Counted from the stretch's first letter, positions 25,701-39,811 are shown. The stretch: DNA of 64,000 nt from Takakia lepidozioides (GCA_030704615.1 CM060734.1:13516001-13580000), one strand, 5' to 3'. A program made the numbers and translations. Notes: a model not told the origin generated them from the sequence alone.

Positions 25701-25905
25701 TTATGTAGATCATCCAGTTTAGATGAAAAAAATAGATGGTAACTCTAGCTTTCTGTATATTAAGTTTCATCATCCAATTAAATAAAATCATCCAAATTTG
25801 GATGAAAAAGGCAGGGATGAAAAACTAAATAACCTCAAAAGGTTAAGGCCAGATGAAATCCAAAGATTTATAGAGGGAGAGGGAGAGAGGGAGAGAGAGG
25901 GAGAG
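22720..25905. repeat. Near-perfect long inverted repeat (two ~1.57-kb arms, 31-bp loop 24293-24323) of an unclassified repeat family
   Basis: Mirror ORFs 23157+/25458- are identical and 23254+/25361- differ by one residue; arms end GGAATCCCACC / GGTGGGATTCC. Confidence 0.92.
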
Positions 25906-25945
25906 AGGGGGCAACAATGAAAAAAAATGGGTTGGGGGGGGGGGA

Positions 25946-27172
25946 GGTCAGATGGTGGGGTCAACTACAGCATATGTCCAACACCAGATATCCTAAGTTA
26001 ATCAACTCTATATCTTGGAAACAAGACCGCCCACCGACCTGTCAAACAAGCTAAGTCTTGGCAGAAGACAGTAGAAGAGATTCTCAAGGACCTGGACCTA
26101 GAACCGCAAGTCTTCACCCTGCTGGATAAATCTGACTTAGAGGCTATAGTGTCCAACCATGTCTGTTGCCATGAGATTGTCTAATGAAAATGAAGTTAGG
26201 CATAAAACTTCCCGGAACTTGTTTCCAGTCAGTGACATGGGGGAGGACATCTTGGATGACCTCAAGGGTCTACCCACTCTTGGCAGTAGACTAAAATTTA
26301 AACTCAGGGCAGGAAGCCTACCTTTGAACAACAAACAGAAGCAGAGAGAAAATGGAGAGTGCAATTGCCCGTTGTGTGGGCAATCTGAAGACAATATTCA
26401 TTTTCTGATACATTGTCCGGGGTTCTCTCACCAAAGAGACGCTCTCTTCAAATCTATCAAGGGAATTGTGCATGTACCTCTGTTTACTAATTTTGAAAAA
26501 GTCGAGGCTGAGCCAAAAGCGCAGCCCCTTCTGAGGCCTAGTTTTTGGGCATCTCATACACAGCAGATTGATGCTTGTGTGAAGGGATTTGTAGAGGATA
26601 TCTGGAAAACCCGGATTAATTCTATATGTGAAGGTAAGTCTTACTACCAACGTCAGCCCCTGACAGAGGTAGGATCTGTCCCTTTTGTTTCCCAAGAGAG
26701 GGGGCAACAAAGAAAAACAGAGAATGTGGGGGGGGGGGGGGGGAGTACTGAGCAGCAGCAGCTGCTCAGTCACTCCCCCCCCCCCCCCCACCTTCTTTTT
26801 CTTTCTTTGTTGCCCCCTGATGTCTCCCTCTCACTCCCTCTCTCCCTCTCCCTCTCTCTCCTTCTCTTCTGTGCTGCTCTCTTTTCAGCTCCCAACGAGA
26901 TAAATTCAAGGTCAGATGGTGGGTTCAGCTGCAACATATGTCCAACACCAGATATCTTAAGTTAATCGACTCTATATCTTGGAAACAGGACCACCCACCG
27001 ACCTGTCAAACAGGCTAAGTCCTAGTAGAAGACAGTAGAAGAGATTCTCAAGGACCTGGACCTGGAACCGCAAGTCTTCACCCTGCTGGATAAATCTGAC
27101 TTAGAGGCTGTAGTGTCCAACCATGTCTATGGGCAACCTGAAGACATTATTCATTTTCTGATACACTATCCG
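25946..27172 (+). pseudogene. Non-LTR retrotransposon (LINE) 3' fragment with C-terminal zinc knuckle, plus partial internally deleted duplicate (26910-27172)
   Basis: FKLRAGSLPL..CPLCGQSEDNIHFLIHCP; 25946-26165 repeated at 26910-27128. Confidence 0.7.
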
Positions 27173-27759
27173 TGTCGCGCACCTCACTTCGGTAAACCCC
27201 CCCTCAAGTTATAGATACTCGCTTGATGCGCGAGCCTAACTCCCAACCTGGCCGCCGGGCCAACTTGGAGCTTTGGCTGCTCACCGGGGCATAACGGTCC
27301 CCCTTTGATCTCTCAAAGAACCCTGCAACGATTTGGAACCAGCGGAATTCCTTTTGGTAGTTGGCAGTCCGGAACCGCTCCCCACTCTTTGGTCGCTTTC
27401 CGGCTTGCTCGCTTACTCACTAGTTTTTGGTCACGAACGGGCTTGCACCGTTCTCCATGCCATTTTATGGCGAACCACCACGAACACCCTCGACTCCCGG
27501 TGATGAGTCGCGGTGAGTCTTGATAAGAGGGATCTTGCTTTGGACAATGCATGATTATCCAGGTTTATTATGTTCCCCATGAACAACCCGCGTACATTCA
27601 CTTGTCAATGCCGGATAATATCGATGAAAATTGGGATTGATTGAAGTAGCGGCGACAGTCTTGTGCACCGTAGTGGGGTAGATGGCATTATGGGCCATGC
27701 ACATGACAACTTTTTGTTTTTGCTAATGTGGCGGGATGTGTAGTACATGACTAACTGTT

Positions 27760-30140
27760 TGCTTGGGGCTAAGCACCAAAGGGTACCATGCATGCTTGCA
27801 TTGTGGCGATGATCTTGATGCACATAGCTCCCGCCATCTTCACAAGATGGTGTATCCCAACTACCGCAAATTTCTTCCTATGAGCCATCGATGGAGAAGA
27901 AGAGAGAAACACTTGTTTGATGGCAAAGAGGAAGTACGTCCCCCCCCTATGACACCGTCCGGGCAGTTTTGGGAGGACCGATGGAAGGAGGCCCATGCGG
28001 GCACGGACGGTGAAGTGGACGTGCCCGACATGAAACAACTTTCAATCTTCTACGAGTTGTCATATTGGGCGGTACATATTCCACAAAAACACCATCAATA
28101 TCCCTATGCATGCATGTGATATTGCACATGCGTTGTATTGTCACTTTCACGTAAATTTTTTTGTGTAGGTCTTTGTGGGTGGGGATATATGTAGGACCTG
28201 AAGATTCGCCATCTTCTAGATCCCATGCATATTGAGAAGAATGTATGCTCATCCTTTTTTCGGGTTCTTCATGGCACGCCGACAAAGAAGGGAGTGGCTG
28301 CAAAATGAGATTCTCTCGGTGTTAGAAAGGAGCTTGAGGAGCAGGGTCGCATGCGCCATTTATGGGCCGAACAAAATGGTGTGGACCCAAAGGGTGTTGT
28401 ACGGTGGAAGTATAGGCGCGCACCTTGGCAATGGACAAAGGAGGAATACAATAAAGTGATAGCCACCATAAGTGTTGTCCGAACACCAACTGGTTATGGG
28501 TCATCCCTCCATAAGAAGGTCAGTGAAGAAGACGAGGTCCATGGTTTGAAGTCTCATGACTACCACAATCTATTGCAATACATCTTGCCCATTGCAGTAC
28601 GTGGGACATTGACTCCCGAGGTTCGTGAGACAATCTATAGATTGGGAAGCTTGTTCCGGTGGATTTGCTCCAAAGAGTTGGAAGAAGTAGATTTTTCACG
28701 CATAAAGAAGGAGGCGGCGGAGGTAATGTGTATGTTGGAGATGCACCTTCCTCCCTCCTTCTTTGACATCCAAGTGCACTTGGTAGTGCACTTAGTGGAA
28801 GAGGCTTCGATTGCCGGCCCCGTTCATTCTCGGTGGATGTACTTCCTTGAGCGTTATATGAAGACTTTGAAAGGATTTGTAAGACAAATGGCGCACCCGG
28901 AGGGTAGCATGGCGGAGGGGTATACGTTGCAAGAAGTTATGTTCTATTGCACGGAGTACATGGCAAGGGTGGATGAGGAAGCCCCTCGGATGTGGAAGGA
29001 AGAGGAGGATGCACGAACCAAGGACATTGTTTTGCCCAAAAAATCGAAGAGGGTAAAATTGCCGACCTTGGTGATTGAGCAAGCACATGACTTCATACTG
29101 AAGAACACCCCATCCATACATGAGTGGGAGGCAAGATCTTGTTCAGCAACGAGAGGAGGAGACGCTTGCATGCAGGTGGAACCATCCAAGGCCGGTTACT
29201 AGACGCCCACGACGAGGAGCGGGCCGCCGGAATGTTCCTTCACAAAATTTGCCCATGGAATTGCAGCCTCTAAGTTCATTCCAACAGTGGCTTCAGACTT
29301 TAGTTTATGATGCCGTTGCTCAAAGAGAGGTGGTTTCAGATTTGGTGCAAGACATTGCAAGGGGACCCTCTCAATTCGTGACCTCATACACGGCGGGTTT
29401 GGGTTCACGGTCGTCATTTCCGCATTCGTACTCTTGACATGAAGCGCAAAACAACCTTTGATTTTGGCTTGTGTGCCACATATTGGCAAGACTCCGTGTG
29501 GGGCAAGGGAGATACACGACCTGCTATGAGCAAACTTGAGTACATTGGAGAGCTTGAGAGCATACTCCAACTTCAGTATACAAGGTAACGGCCTCTTCTC
29601 TTCAAGGGAAGGTGGTTCCTGCCACATCTTGTGGGGCCCTCCGTAGCACTAGTGCAAGATGATTGTGGTTTCATGCGCGTCAATGCAGATAGGCTCAACC
29701 CTACTCATCGTCCCTCCGATGAGCCTTTTTCACGGCCTTCAGACATGGAGCAAGTTTTCTTCTCCGATGACAAACAAGAGGGGAAATTGGAAGGTGGTTG
29801 TGCATGCTCAGCCAAGAGGAAGACGTATCTATCATGGTCTCGGATCTCCATGGACGGAGAGACTGGTCATAATGATGCTGAGGATGGAGGTTGGATAGAG
29901 GGGGTAGAAGATGATGATGACGCCCCGGACAATGCATCCTGGACCCTATATGATGAAGCTCGAGAAGATACGGATGTTGGAGAAGGAGACAAAGACACGG
30001 CCATTGACAACGAGGTGGAAGATGATTCGGAGGTGCCTTTTGAGGGCCGGGGCATTTATGACGATGACTCCGATGACCAAGAAGACTTGCAGCTTGATGA
30101 GGATGAAGAGGCTCCGGATGATGATGTTCAAGTTGATTAG
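27760..30140 (+). pseudogene. CACTA transposase (Tnp2 end, DUF4218- and DUF4216-like regions), 5'-truncated
   Basis: YHACLHC..YRKFLPMSHRWR; GLKSHDYHNLLQYILP; PPSFFDIQVHLVVHL..GPVHSRWMYFLERYMKTLK..PEGSMAEGY; DEPF..QVFFSDD. Confidence 0.88.
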
Positions 30141-31073
30141 ACACAAAATCAAAGCTACATAACAATTCTTGCACCGAACTGGACCTATCCCTTCGATTGA
30201 TTGTACATGTACATGCATATTGGAGTTTATTTCTATTATTCATCAAATATGGCTATGGCTGGTAGTCTTTCAAGAAAGAAGGCAGAGGCAATGAATATGT
30301 TGGAGCAACACATACAGATGTAGTATCAAGAGAATTATCAAAATGAATGTCATCTACAAGAAGGTCCACAACAACAAGCTAAACCATAAAGAAAAACAAA
30401 CACCCTACCCAAGTACTATATGAAAAAAAAAACTAAGAACCCCCAAAGGCCCTAAACCTAAACCTAGAAAGCCCTGTCGTCGCTGACTGCGACCCCCACG
30501 CGTCGCCACCTGCAACGCCGTTTTTAGGCGGGGGTCGCAAACGGTGACAGCCAACCGTCGCCATCTGCGACCAGTTTTTTTGAATGGATTTATGAGGCCG
30601 GGGGTCGCACACGACGACGGCCAGCCGTCGCACACTGTGACCCAATTTTTTTTTTGCAAGAATAGGGCAGCCGGGCAGTTTGCGACGCCCGGCCGTCGCA
30701 GGGGCCTTTTGCCCTTCATGGCACCATGCGATGGCCGGGCGTCGCAAGAAAGGGTTGCGATGAAAAAAGGGGTTTTTTTTTTTTTCCGGCGTGCGACGAG
30801 CGGCCGTTGCCCGAAAGGGCTGCCTTCTACCCTTCGCTGGGGGCGACGCTTGGGCATTGCACGGAAGGGCTGCCATTTGCCCTCCATCACTCCGTGCGAC
30901 GGCCAGGCGTCGCCGCTTGGCCCCGGCGCCAGGTGGCGGCCCGTGGGGCTTGGCGGCGACGGCCCGGCGTCGCAAATATGCTCCGCGAGGTTGGCATCGC
31001 ACGCTCAGCGCTGCGCGGGGCGTGGGGGCATGGCTGGCGTCGCAAACCCCCCCCCCCCCCATTTGCTGTAGTG

Positions 31074-33200
31074 ATGGGCATGCCGCACTAACCGTGCACG
31101 TTGTGTGGGGTGAGGCACAATCCTCACCCGACCATCCTCCCATACTCGGAGCAGGTATATCCCCTCCTACTTTAACCTCTTGGCTCGTTGCAGGATCCGA
31201 TCCCTCTCCTTGGCAGTCACAGTGGCTGTCGTGTCTCCAGTACAGAGGTAGTCCAAAACAGCCGAATCCTCATGTATATCTCTGGTACCACCTGGCTCAT
31301 CACTAGCCTCAGGGTCCTCAGACACTCCGTCTACAATCATCCCTGTTGTAGGTCCAACCTGACCTCCCGATGCCAAGATATACAAAAAGGCAGATGCATG
31401 TCATCCCGACACCATCTCCTCGTCCGACTCACCATGCCACCGAGCTCCAGTGTCATCCTACTGGCTCGTGCATTGATTGCGACTCAATCCATCCGCATCC
31501 CGATTGACCAAACCCGGTCGATGCACAACCTGAAAGTCATACTCTTGGAGTATGAGTGCCCACTGTGCAAGCTTCCCCGTAAGCTTGTCTGACTCCATCA
31601 ACCACTTGAGTGGCTGGTGATCCATGACAAGGGTGAAGAGATTGCCGTATAGATAGCACCTGAAGTGTGCCACGGCCCACACTGCAGCTAAGTACTCTCC
31701 CTCATATGAGCTATATTTAGCCTTTGCAGCGTTGTTCGAGCGGCTAGCATAAGCTACTACGAACTCTCTTCCCTCATCATCCACATGTGTGAGCACCGCT
31801 CCAAGCCCCAACATGCTCCAATCCGTATGCATCTGAAAGGGACGCCCCCTGATAGGTCGTCGCAGGATAGGCGCCGAAGTCAACCTCGCCTTGAGCTCTT
31901 GAAAAGCTCATTCCTGCTCATCTTCCCACTGCCACTCCTGGTCCACCTTGGTCAGCTTGGTTAGAGCCTTTGCAATGGCACTAAATCCCTTGACAAACCG
32001 TCTATAATAGTTTGCCAACCCCATGAAAGCTCGAACTCGGCTCACATCCATGGGGCGTGGAATTTGTGCAATGGCCTCTACCTTAGTCTGTTGTACCCCC
32101 AATCCTCCAGGATATATCATGTGACCCAGATACTCAATCTGGTTGTGGAAAAACTTGCACTTCCCCGGATGCAACTTCAATCCGTGCGCTCTCAAGTGCT
32201 CCAATACCACCTGAAGGTGTCTCTCATGCTCCTCCACCGTAGTACTAAAGATGATGATGTCATCTATGTAGCACCGAGCAAAGTCCACCCCTGCTAGAAT
32301 CCTATCCATGACTCTCTGAAACTCTGCAGGAGCGTTCTTAAGCCCAAATGGTAAGAACCGCCACTGATATAGGCAATCCTTGCCGTGCTCATTGATCCCC
32401 CAGAATGACGTCTTCTGCTTGTCCGCCTCCTTAATCGGCAACTGGTGATATCCGGATCGTAAATCCAAAGTGCTAAAGACCTTAGCATGCCCGATGGCAT
32501 CAAAGATCTCCTCTGGTGTTGGCATGGCATACTTATCGGACTTGGTCTTACGATTTACAGGCCGATAATCACCGCACATACGTCTCTCCGTCCAATTGCC
32601 ATAGACATCCTTCTTGGCTGGCATCATTGTGGCTGAAGCATACTCTCCACCAGAGAGCTCCACCAAACCTGCCTCCCAGAGATCTTGAGTCCTCATTTGA
32701 ATCAAAGACCTCTCCATATCACTGTATCTATAGGGTCTCCGAAAGATTGGCGTGTCAGTGGCCAACTCAATATGGATCTCTTGACCCTTCAGTGCTCCCA
32801 AGTCCTTCAAATTGAAGGCAAAGCAATTCCTGTAAGCCCTCAAGAACCGCCGTATACGTTGTTTCTCTCCTCCGGTGACAATGGGTCCAATGTCAGGCTC
32901 CCAATTGTCCTCTGTAAGTGCAACCCTAAGTCCAGTGGGCTTAGAGGTAGAAGACGCGTCCAGTGGTTGCTATGTTGCAACCTCTTGGGCAGTACTCCTT
33001 ACCTGCTTAGTCAATGACAAGGCCTCATCATGCCCCATCATCTCATCTTTGAGGACTTCCTCAACCCGAGAAAAATCCCCAACCGCATCCATCACCGCCA
33101 CCTTGGCTGCCAACTCCCTCTGAACCGTCATGACTGTTTTAGTCTTACAACTCTAACCTCAATGTCCAAAAAGTACTCCTTGGTACTTACCATGTTAAAA
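31074..33200 (-). pseudogene. Ty3/gypsy LTR retrotransposon pol (RT, RNase H, start of integrase)
   Basis: RMCGDYRPVN; FSTLDLRSGYHQ; LPFGLKNAPAEFQR; YIDDIIIFS; TDWSMLGLGAVL; DHQPLKWL; DADGLSR. Confidence 0.93.
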
Positions 33201-33479
33201 CAACATAAGAAGGAATGTTTAAAGCATCACTAGATAGCTTTAGGTCTGGAGATGTTACTCCAGCACCATATCAATATGATGCCAAAGTTCAGACTGGTAT
33301 CATGCTAGAAAAACTGACTTATAATCAGGTTAAAAACCCCTAAGTCTTAATAGAACGTATGTATTATATAAAGCTCAGCACACTGCCATATTGTTCAACA
33401 GAAGCAGTTGGTTGCAATCATAAAAAAACAAAAAAGGAATCGTATCGGATGCCCCACTTAAGCAGTATTCAGCATCAAT

Positions 33480-35345
33480 CGTCACCATCGCCAAGTCTTT
33501 TGATCATCTGCAAACTGTTCAAAAATACATATTAAGTGAAGACCCTCACCTGTGCCCGTCCCCAAAACCACCACATCAAGATGGGTGTTAGTGAGGATGC
33601 ACCAGGTGAGTAGCAGGTCTTCACAGTTGCTATGCATGTCCAACGTGCATTCTACTGTGAGCAAATTGATCAAAAGAAGAACAGAGATGCGACACCACTA
33701 AGAACCTTAATCGTTTGTGGAGTGGGACGCTGCGGCGTTCAACATCTGAATCTCAAGAGATCACAATAGAATGCAACAAAATGGGAGACTTGAGGAAAAT
33801 TGCATCTTTACAAAGTGCAACTTAACTTCCCCCATCTCCTTAAGAGCGCCGCTGCTTCATGAATGCGAAAGATTGCAGGCAAACACAGCAGTAGGTCGTT
33901 TGCCAGCACGGGAAATGGAAGTATTTGCCGCCATCGCGCATTAAAAAAACAAAGCGCGCGCAGGCCGTGCTGCTCGAGCACTCAGCCGCCATGATCGCCC
34001 TCCACCAGAGAAAACAAGCACGAGTTACATCCTCGGTGGTAAAGTTCAAGACAATAAATCATCCAATTAGGGAGTGTACCTGGCATAGTTTTCATCCGGT
34101 ATGGATGAAATCCAAAACATATTCCATTAGGGATTAGAAAGAAGGTATTTCCAAACCAGATAGGCTTAGGAAAAAAATTGTTAATCCCAAACAGATAATT
34201 GGAGAGAGGGAGAGAGGGGGCACCCACCATCCAACCCCTGGTATGGCAGTCCCTTATGGAGTGAGTTTGGTATGCACTCACTCCGTAAGGGAGTGCGCAT
34301 AAGACCCATTCTCATAAGGCTCTCCCTCTACAATGTAGTTCTATCCTTGGACTTGAATACCAAATGGATAAAAGGCCTGCATTCTCTCTGCTCTCAGATT
34401 ACGAGCGAACATTGGCACAACATAATTCAAACTTGGCAAGAGTTCAGAAATTATAGGTGTTCTTCAACTAATGGCAGCAGACTACTGCACATCTTCCCAC
34501 CATATCAGCCAACTTTTTGGTTAGAACCAATTTACCCAAAGGTATGAATAAGAACTTGTGTTCTTCAGCCACTGGCAGTAGTCTACTGCCCCTGATTCAA
34601 ACAAGCCATCTTCCAGCAACATAGTAAGATTGGGTACTTTTTTTTGGTGCTACAAAGAGCAAAGCCATAACCAGGAGAAACATGGAAGCACTTGAGCCAA
34701 TGACACGGAAGTCACTCGTATCATAAGGTATCTAAAACTGAGGCATCGGCTACAGGAGACCAGCTAACAAGAGTAATGTGCATTGACCGGATCATGTATA
34801 AGGTGTACAGTACATGTACTCTAGCAGGCTGTCTTACCAGGGCCTAGCTCAAAATATCATCATTCAGAAGTCATTTAGATGCTCTATGTTTATTTCAGGT
34901 ACCATCAAGGATGCCTTACTCTCCATGCCCAATCAACCAACATATTTTTGCTGGAGAGGATCATACCTTATGAGGGATTTGTTGCTCCATATTATTGTAT
35001 GGAGGTATAGGGGCTGATACCCCATGGCTTTGCCAGACCTCTGCAAAAGCCATTAAAGGTGTTAGAACATCAAAGTAAGAAGACTGGAAAATGACAAGTG
35101 AGAGGTAGATAGTGTGTACAGAAACCACTAAGTACACTGGGCAAAAAAACAGAGGGAAGATAAATATGTCTTGTCAAGGCACAGACAAGACAAGTGTTGT
35201 CATTGTCAAATAAAGACAAATCAGCCTCATGACAAGGCACCATCTAACTTCACCTCGCATAGACAATATCTTACTTGATAGAAACTCATGTCATCTTCCT
35301 GAAAGTACATGAAAAGTTAGGCTGGGAGGGTGGGATTTCCAAGAC
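33480..35345 (-). repeat. Diverged, inverted copy of the unclassified repeat family found at 35933-56630 and 22720-25905
   Basis: Shared blocks gaagaccctcacctgtgcccgtccc, cactcactccgtaagggagtgc, gtcttaccagggc. Confidence 0.7.
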
Positions 35346-38300
35346 AACCATCACCTTGGATTCAGATGTCATTCATCGTTGAAGGAGTCTTGTTTAAAAA
35401 ATAAATAAAAAATAAAACCAGGACAAACACCACCCTTGGTACATACCATCAGCAGAAACACTTGAGCCTTTAAAAACGAGTTGCAGGTGTTGCAATTCCA
35501 AAAGCCCAGCCTGATAATTTAGTCTATGTTCCATGAATGCATAAAGGTCTGGATCTGGATTTCCATCATCTCTCCAAAACTCAATCAGAGCAGGAGTGCT
35601 ACATTGAGCATAATCAGAACTTTATGGACAACACCAGCTCAGAGGGTATTCCAAAAAGCCCAGTTTGAAAAATTAAACCAGACATTATGTATTTTGAAAA
35701 AGCCAGACCAGCCAGCCACTGCTTGGTATTTTTCCAAGTCAAAACAGTGTGCAAAGGTCTTGCTTTCAAATCACTGGGTATGTCCAAAAGTACTACTCGG
35801 TACTTTTCAAACTTATAATAGCGTAACCAGGCCTGTTTTAAACTCAATGGTTAATTTCAAAGATACTGCTTGGTACACCCTAAAGCAGCCATTATGTAAT
35901 CTGAAAAGCCATCAAGCCAAAACAGCTTAACTGAAAGCCTTGGGGTATGAATCCCCCTTGGCCAGGTATGATCTTCTCCAGCAATAGTATGGTTGATTGA
36001 TTGGGTATGAAAAGTAAGGCATCCTTGATGATACATGAAATAAGCATAGAGCATCTAAAGGACTTTTGAATGCCGATATTATGAGCTAAGCCCTGGTAAG
36101 ACAGCTTACGGGAGTATGTGTACACCTTATACATGATCCGGTCAATGCACACTACTTTTGTTAGCTAGTCTCTTGTAGCCGATGCCTTATATCAGAATCA
36201 GATACCTTATGATTGAGTGACTACCAAGTCCTTTGATCAAGTGCTTCTATACTTCTCTTAGATATGGCTTCGCTCCTTGTGGCATCATAAAAAAATACCC
36301 AACTCTAATCTGTTGCTAGAAGATGTTTTGTCCATATCACAGGCACGGTACTATAGACCTGAGCTGTTGTTGTATCTTGACAAGGTTCCTTGAACGAGGT
36401 TCCTTCCCTAGCCCGTTCTTCCCTGTGCAAGAGCTTACTGAGAAACTGAAAGGTATTTTCTTAAAACTTGTACCTATCCAGAGCTAAGTATACCACTGAA
36501 CTCTCTGTTCTTTTCTCGTGATACTATACCAGTCTTGCTATGATACACTTTATGCCAATGTTTCATTCATGACCCGAGGAAGAGAGGATGTAGGATTCTA
36601 CTCCCCGAGGATAGAACTACATGGAAGAGGGGAAACCTTATGAGAAGGGGTCTGGTATGCACTCCCTTACGGGGTGAGTGCATACCACACTCACTCCGTA
36701 AGGTTCTGCCATGCCAGGGGATTGGCTGGTGGGTCCCTCTCTCTCCCTCTCTCCTCCCCTATAACTCTTTGGATTTCATCTAGCCTTAACCTTTTTAATG
36801 CTGGTTATTGGGTTGTTCATCCCAATTCCCTTTTCATCCAAAATTGGATGAATTTTTTGAAGGATGATGACGCTTACTCTGCAAATTTTGGTTTTTATCC
36901 TAATCCTTTCTCATCCAAATCTGGATGAAATTATTAGGATGATGACCCTTACTGTGCATAAATCTTGGTTTATCATTGGTTTTCTCCTTTTTTCATCCAA
37001 ACGGGATGAATTCCATGAATGACGGTGACCTATTTTAATCCAGGAGAGAGTAATTTTACCATCATTTGTTATTAATGATGGCAGTTATTAAACTTGGCAT
37101 ACCCTAACCCTAAAAGCCTTTTTAATGGATGTCCATTACCGCATCTCATGCCATTTGCATTTTCATCCCCCCTGGATGAGAAATCGGGGATCTGTGCCCT
37201 AAGCAGGTCGACACCTTTCACAGCACAAAGCTCGTGCTTCAGGGATCCTTGATGATGCGCCGTGTAAATCTGCTCCCCAACTGCTGCATGGTACCCGTGA
37301 TGGCTGGCTCTTGGGATGCGCATTGGCGGTTATGCAGATTCTTCTCTGGCAGGTGACAAAGCGATGATTGCTTTGCTCAGACCCTCGTGGTTCTTTTTAA
37401 TTGCAGCGTCACTCCTCGTTGGGAAGTACTCTACCCCTATTTATCTACAGATTACATATGGCTCTTTCACTTTGTATGAGCTTCTCTATATCTGTGAACC
37501 CTTCTACTGTGATTGTGTTATGTTGGACGCCATGGCGTAGGGCATACCGCAAACACTCGAGGTCTTTTGAGGTTACCCTTGCTTGAATTGTGATCTGTAC
37601 ATGCTTTAGAATTCAACACTAACATGGATAGCAAATGTGAAGACCTGCCACTCACTTGATGCATCCTCACTAACACACATCTTTATGTGGTGGTTTTTGG
37701 GACGGGCACAGGTGAGGGTCTTCACTTGTCTTGAATTCTTGAAGCTTGCAGAGTCTGATTCTTGCATAAGGGATTGCTGCTACCGCTTGAAGCTGCTGAT
37801 GCCAGTTGCTGTTTCAAATCTGCCACCTTGTTGCCTCAAAACGGCTTCAAGTCTGCTCTAATGAGGATCGCCTTCTTACTCCTTACCCTTGTTCTTGATG
37901 ACCACTTCTACATGTTTTGGAGTTAAGACACACAAGGGACTTCATATAAAATAAAATCTCTACTGAAGGCTCTGGCTGTTTTCAACAAAGGTATAGGGCT
38001 GCAGTTACAACTATGGTTGCATGGAAACTAGGCTCTGAAATGAAACATCATGGCCTGGCTTTGATGGATCAGAAGATAGACCTTGTCTGATGACAAAATT
38101 CTTCAAGGCTCTCATATCACTGTGATTTCATTGCATGATAGGGGACAGGGGTTTATGAGTTCCTTTCTTTAACTGGCAGAGCTTTTTATGAGGCCCTGGA
38201 ATACCACTCCAGGCCCATATCTGCTTGAGGGTACTCAGCCATGTGTTTTGTGTTGTTAGAAGTCTTGCCTATGACTTGGCACTGAAGCACCTTCGGACCT

Positions 38301-39811
38301 GGCCCTCATCATAATTTTGATTTTCAAGACCTGCTTGCTGGTAGGTGTTTGTGTGCTTCTTACCTTCTACCCTGGCAGAGTTTTGATCATGAAGTCCTGG
38401 AATTCCATTCCAGACCTGCAGCTCCTTACAGAGACTCAAATAAGCCATGTCATTGCATGTAATGCTTGCTCATCCATTTGCAATGCTATGATACCTTCAG
38501 GCTGGCTGTTTTTTAGGAAGGCGACTTATTCAAAAACTGGATTCTAAAACAGTAACCTTTATGGTCCAGCAAGTAGCCTAGCATGACAGTTTTAAATACT
38601 TTTTCATGGCCTAAACCTGGTCATGATACACCTTGCTAGGTGTAGAGATATTCTTACTTAGATAAAACTAAGCAAGAAAGACACTTGTTGCTTGAAGAGC
38701 TTGGTTCTAGAGATTATCTCCAGACCTGCAATCTGGTTTCTGAAATGAAGGTACAATCTGCAAGTATAGGGGAATTTTTTATTAAACCATGGTGCTTTCA
38801 TGATATGATTGACCTGGAATTTCGAGTTATTTATTTTTTACCCTAGCAGAGCTGTTTATGAGGCCCTGTAATACCAATCCAGGCCTGCATATGCCTGAAA
38901 AAACTCAGCCCCGTTTCTACTTTATGAATCTTGCATGTGTCTTGGCACTGATAGATCGGTTTCAAGCCAACACAAGATGTCTTTTTAGGAAGATGAATGG
39001 CTCAAGAACTGGATTATATAAGGCTTGACCCATGTCAACAAAAAATGAGGAATCATTATGTCAACAGGCAAATGCTTAAGACATGTATGGCTTGTTGTTT
39101 CAATTGCAATTTAAAGTACTATGTGCTTGGCTCTCGAGATTTATCTCCAGACCTGCAATCTGGTTTTTGAAATGATGTTACAATCGGCAAGTATGGTGGT
39201 GATCGTTGTATGTCAAACTATGGCAATGACGCAATGGCGGGAGCGTTGCGCGTGAGCGCGCGAGCGTACGCTCATGCCAGCTGACGTGGCGTGAGCGTCA
39301 TGTCAGCATGGTGATGTGGCGGCAAATGATGATGTGGCACTCTCCGTCATCTGCCACGTCAGCATTAACATGCGCCTCCTATAACCGAGGATGGTCCTAT
39401 GACCGTGGAATTAATGCAGGGAATCTTGCCTAAATAGAATCAAGACTACCATGAGGCCTACAATTGTAGCATCCAACATTGTGCAATTACAAATGCTTGT
39501 TTCACTTTTACAATTACAAGGACGAGAAAATATCCTCACAAAGTGTGTGCCATAGAGGCTGCCACGGGAAGACCTTCCTCCCTCCTGAAATAACAATGAG
39601 AGTTAGGATCATCTTCAAAAGATGATTATAGTGCATAGCGACAGCAAGACATATAGACTTCGAACGGTGCAATGACAAATGTGCTTTTAAAAGTTGCCAC
39701 TCAGAGCTCACTCCATATAGTTGGAGGCCATATCATTGCACCGCCGACGAATTGATGTGAATTACACATTTCAAATCATGGTCGTCCACATACCACGTTG
39801 CATAGTTGATG

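Larger units (their letters stand above)
19278..31073 (+). mobile_element. CACTA (En/Spm) DNA transposon, 11.8 kb including secondary insertions
   Basis: TIRs CACTACAGGAAAAGG / rc CACTACAGCAAATGG; 3-bp TSD ATG (19275-77, 31074-76); GCGACG/CGTCGC-rich subterminal repeats ~19300-19930 and ~30470-31050. Confidence 0.93.
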
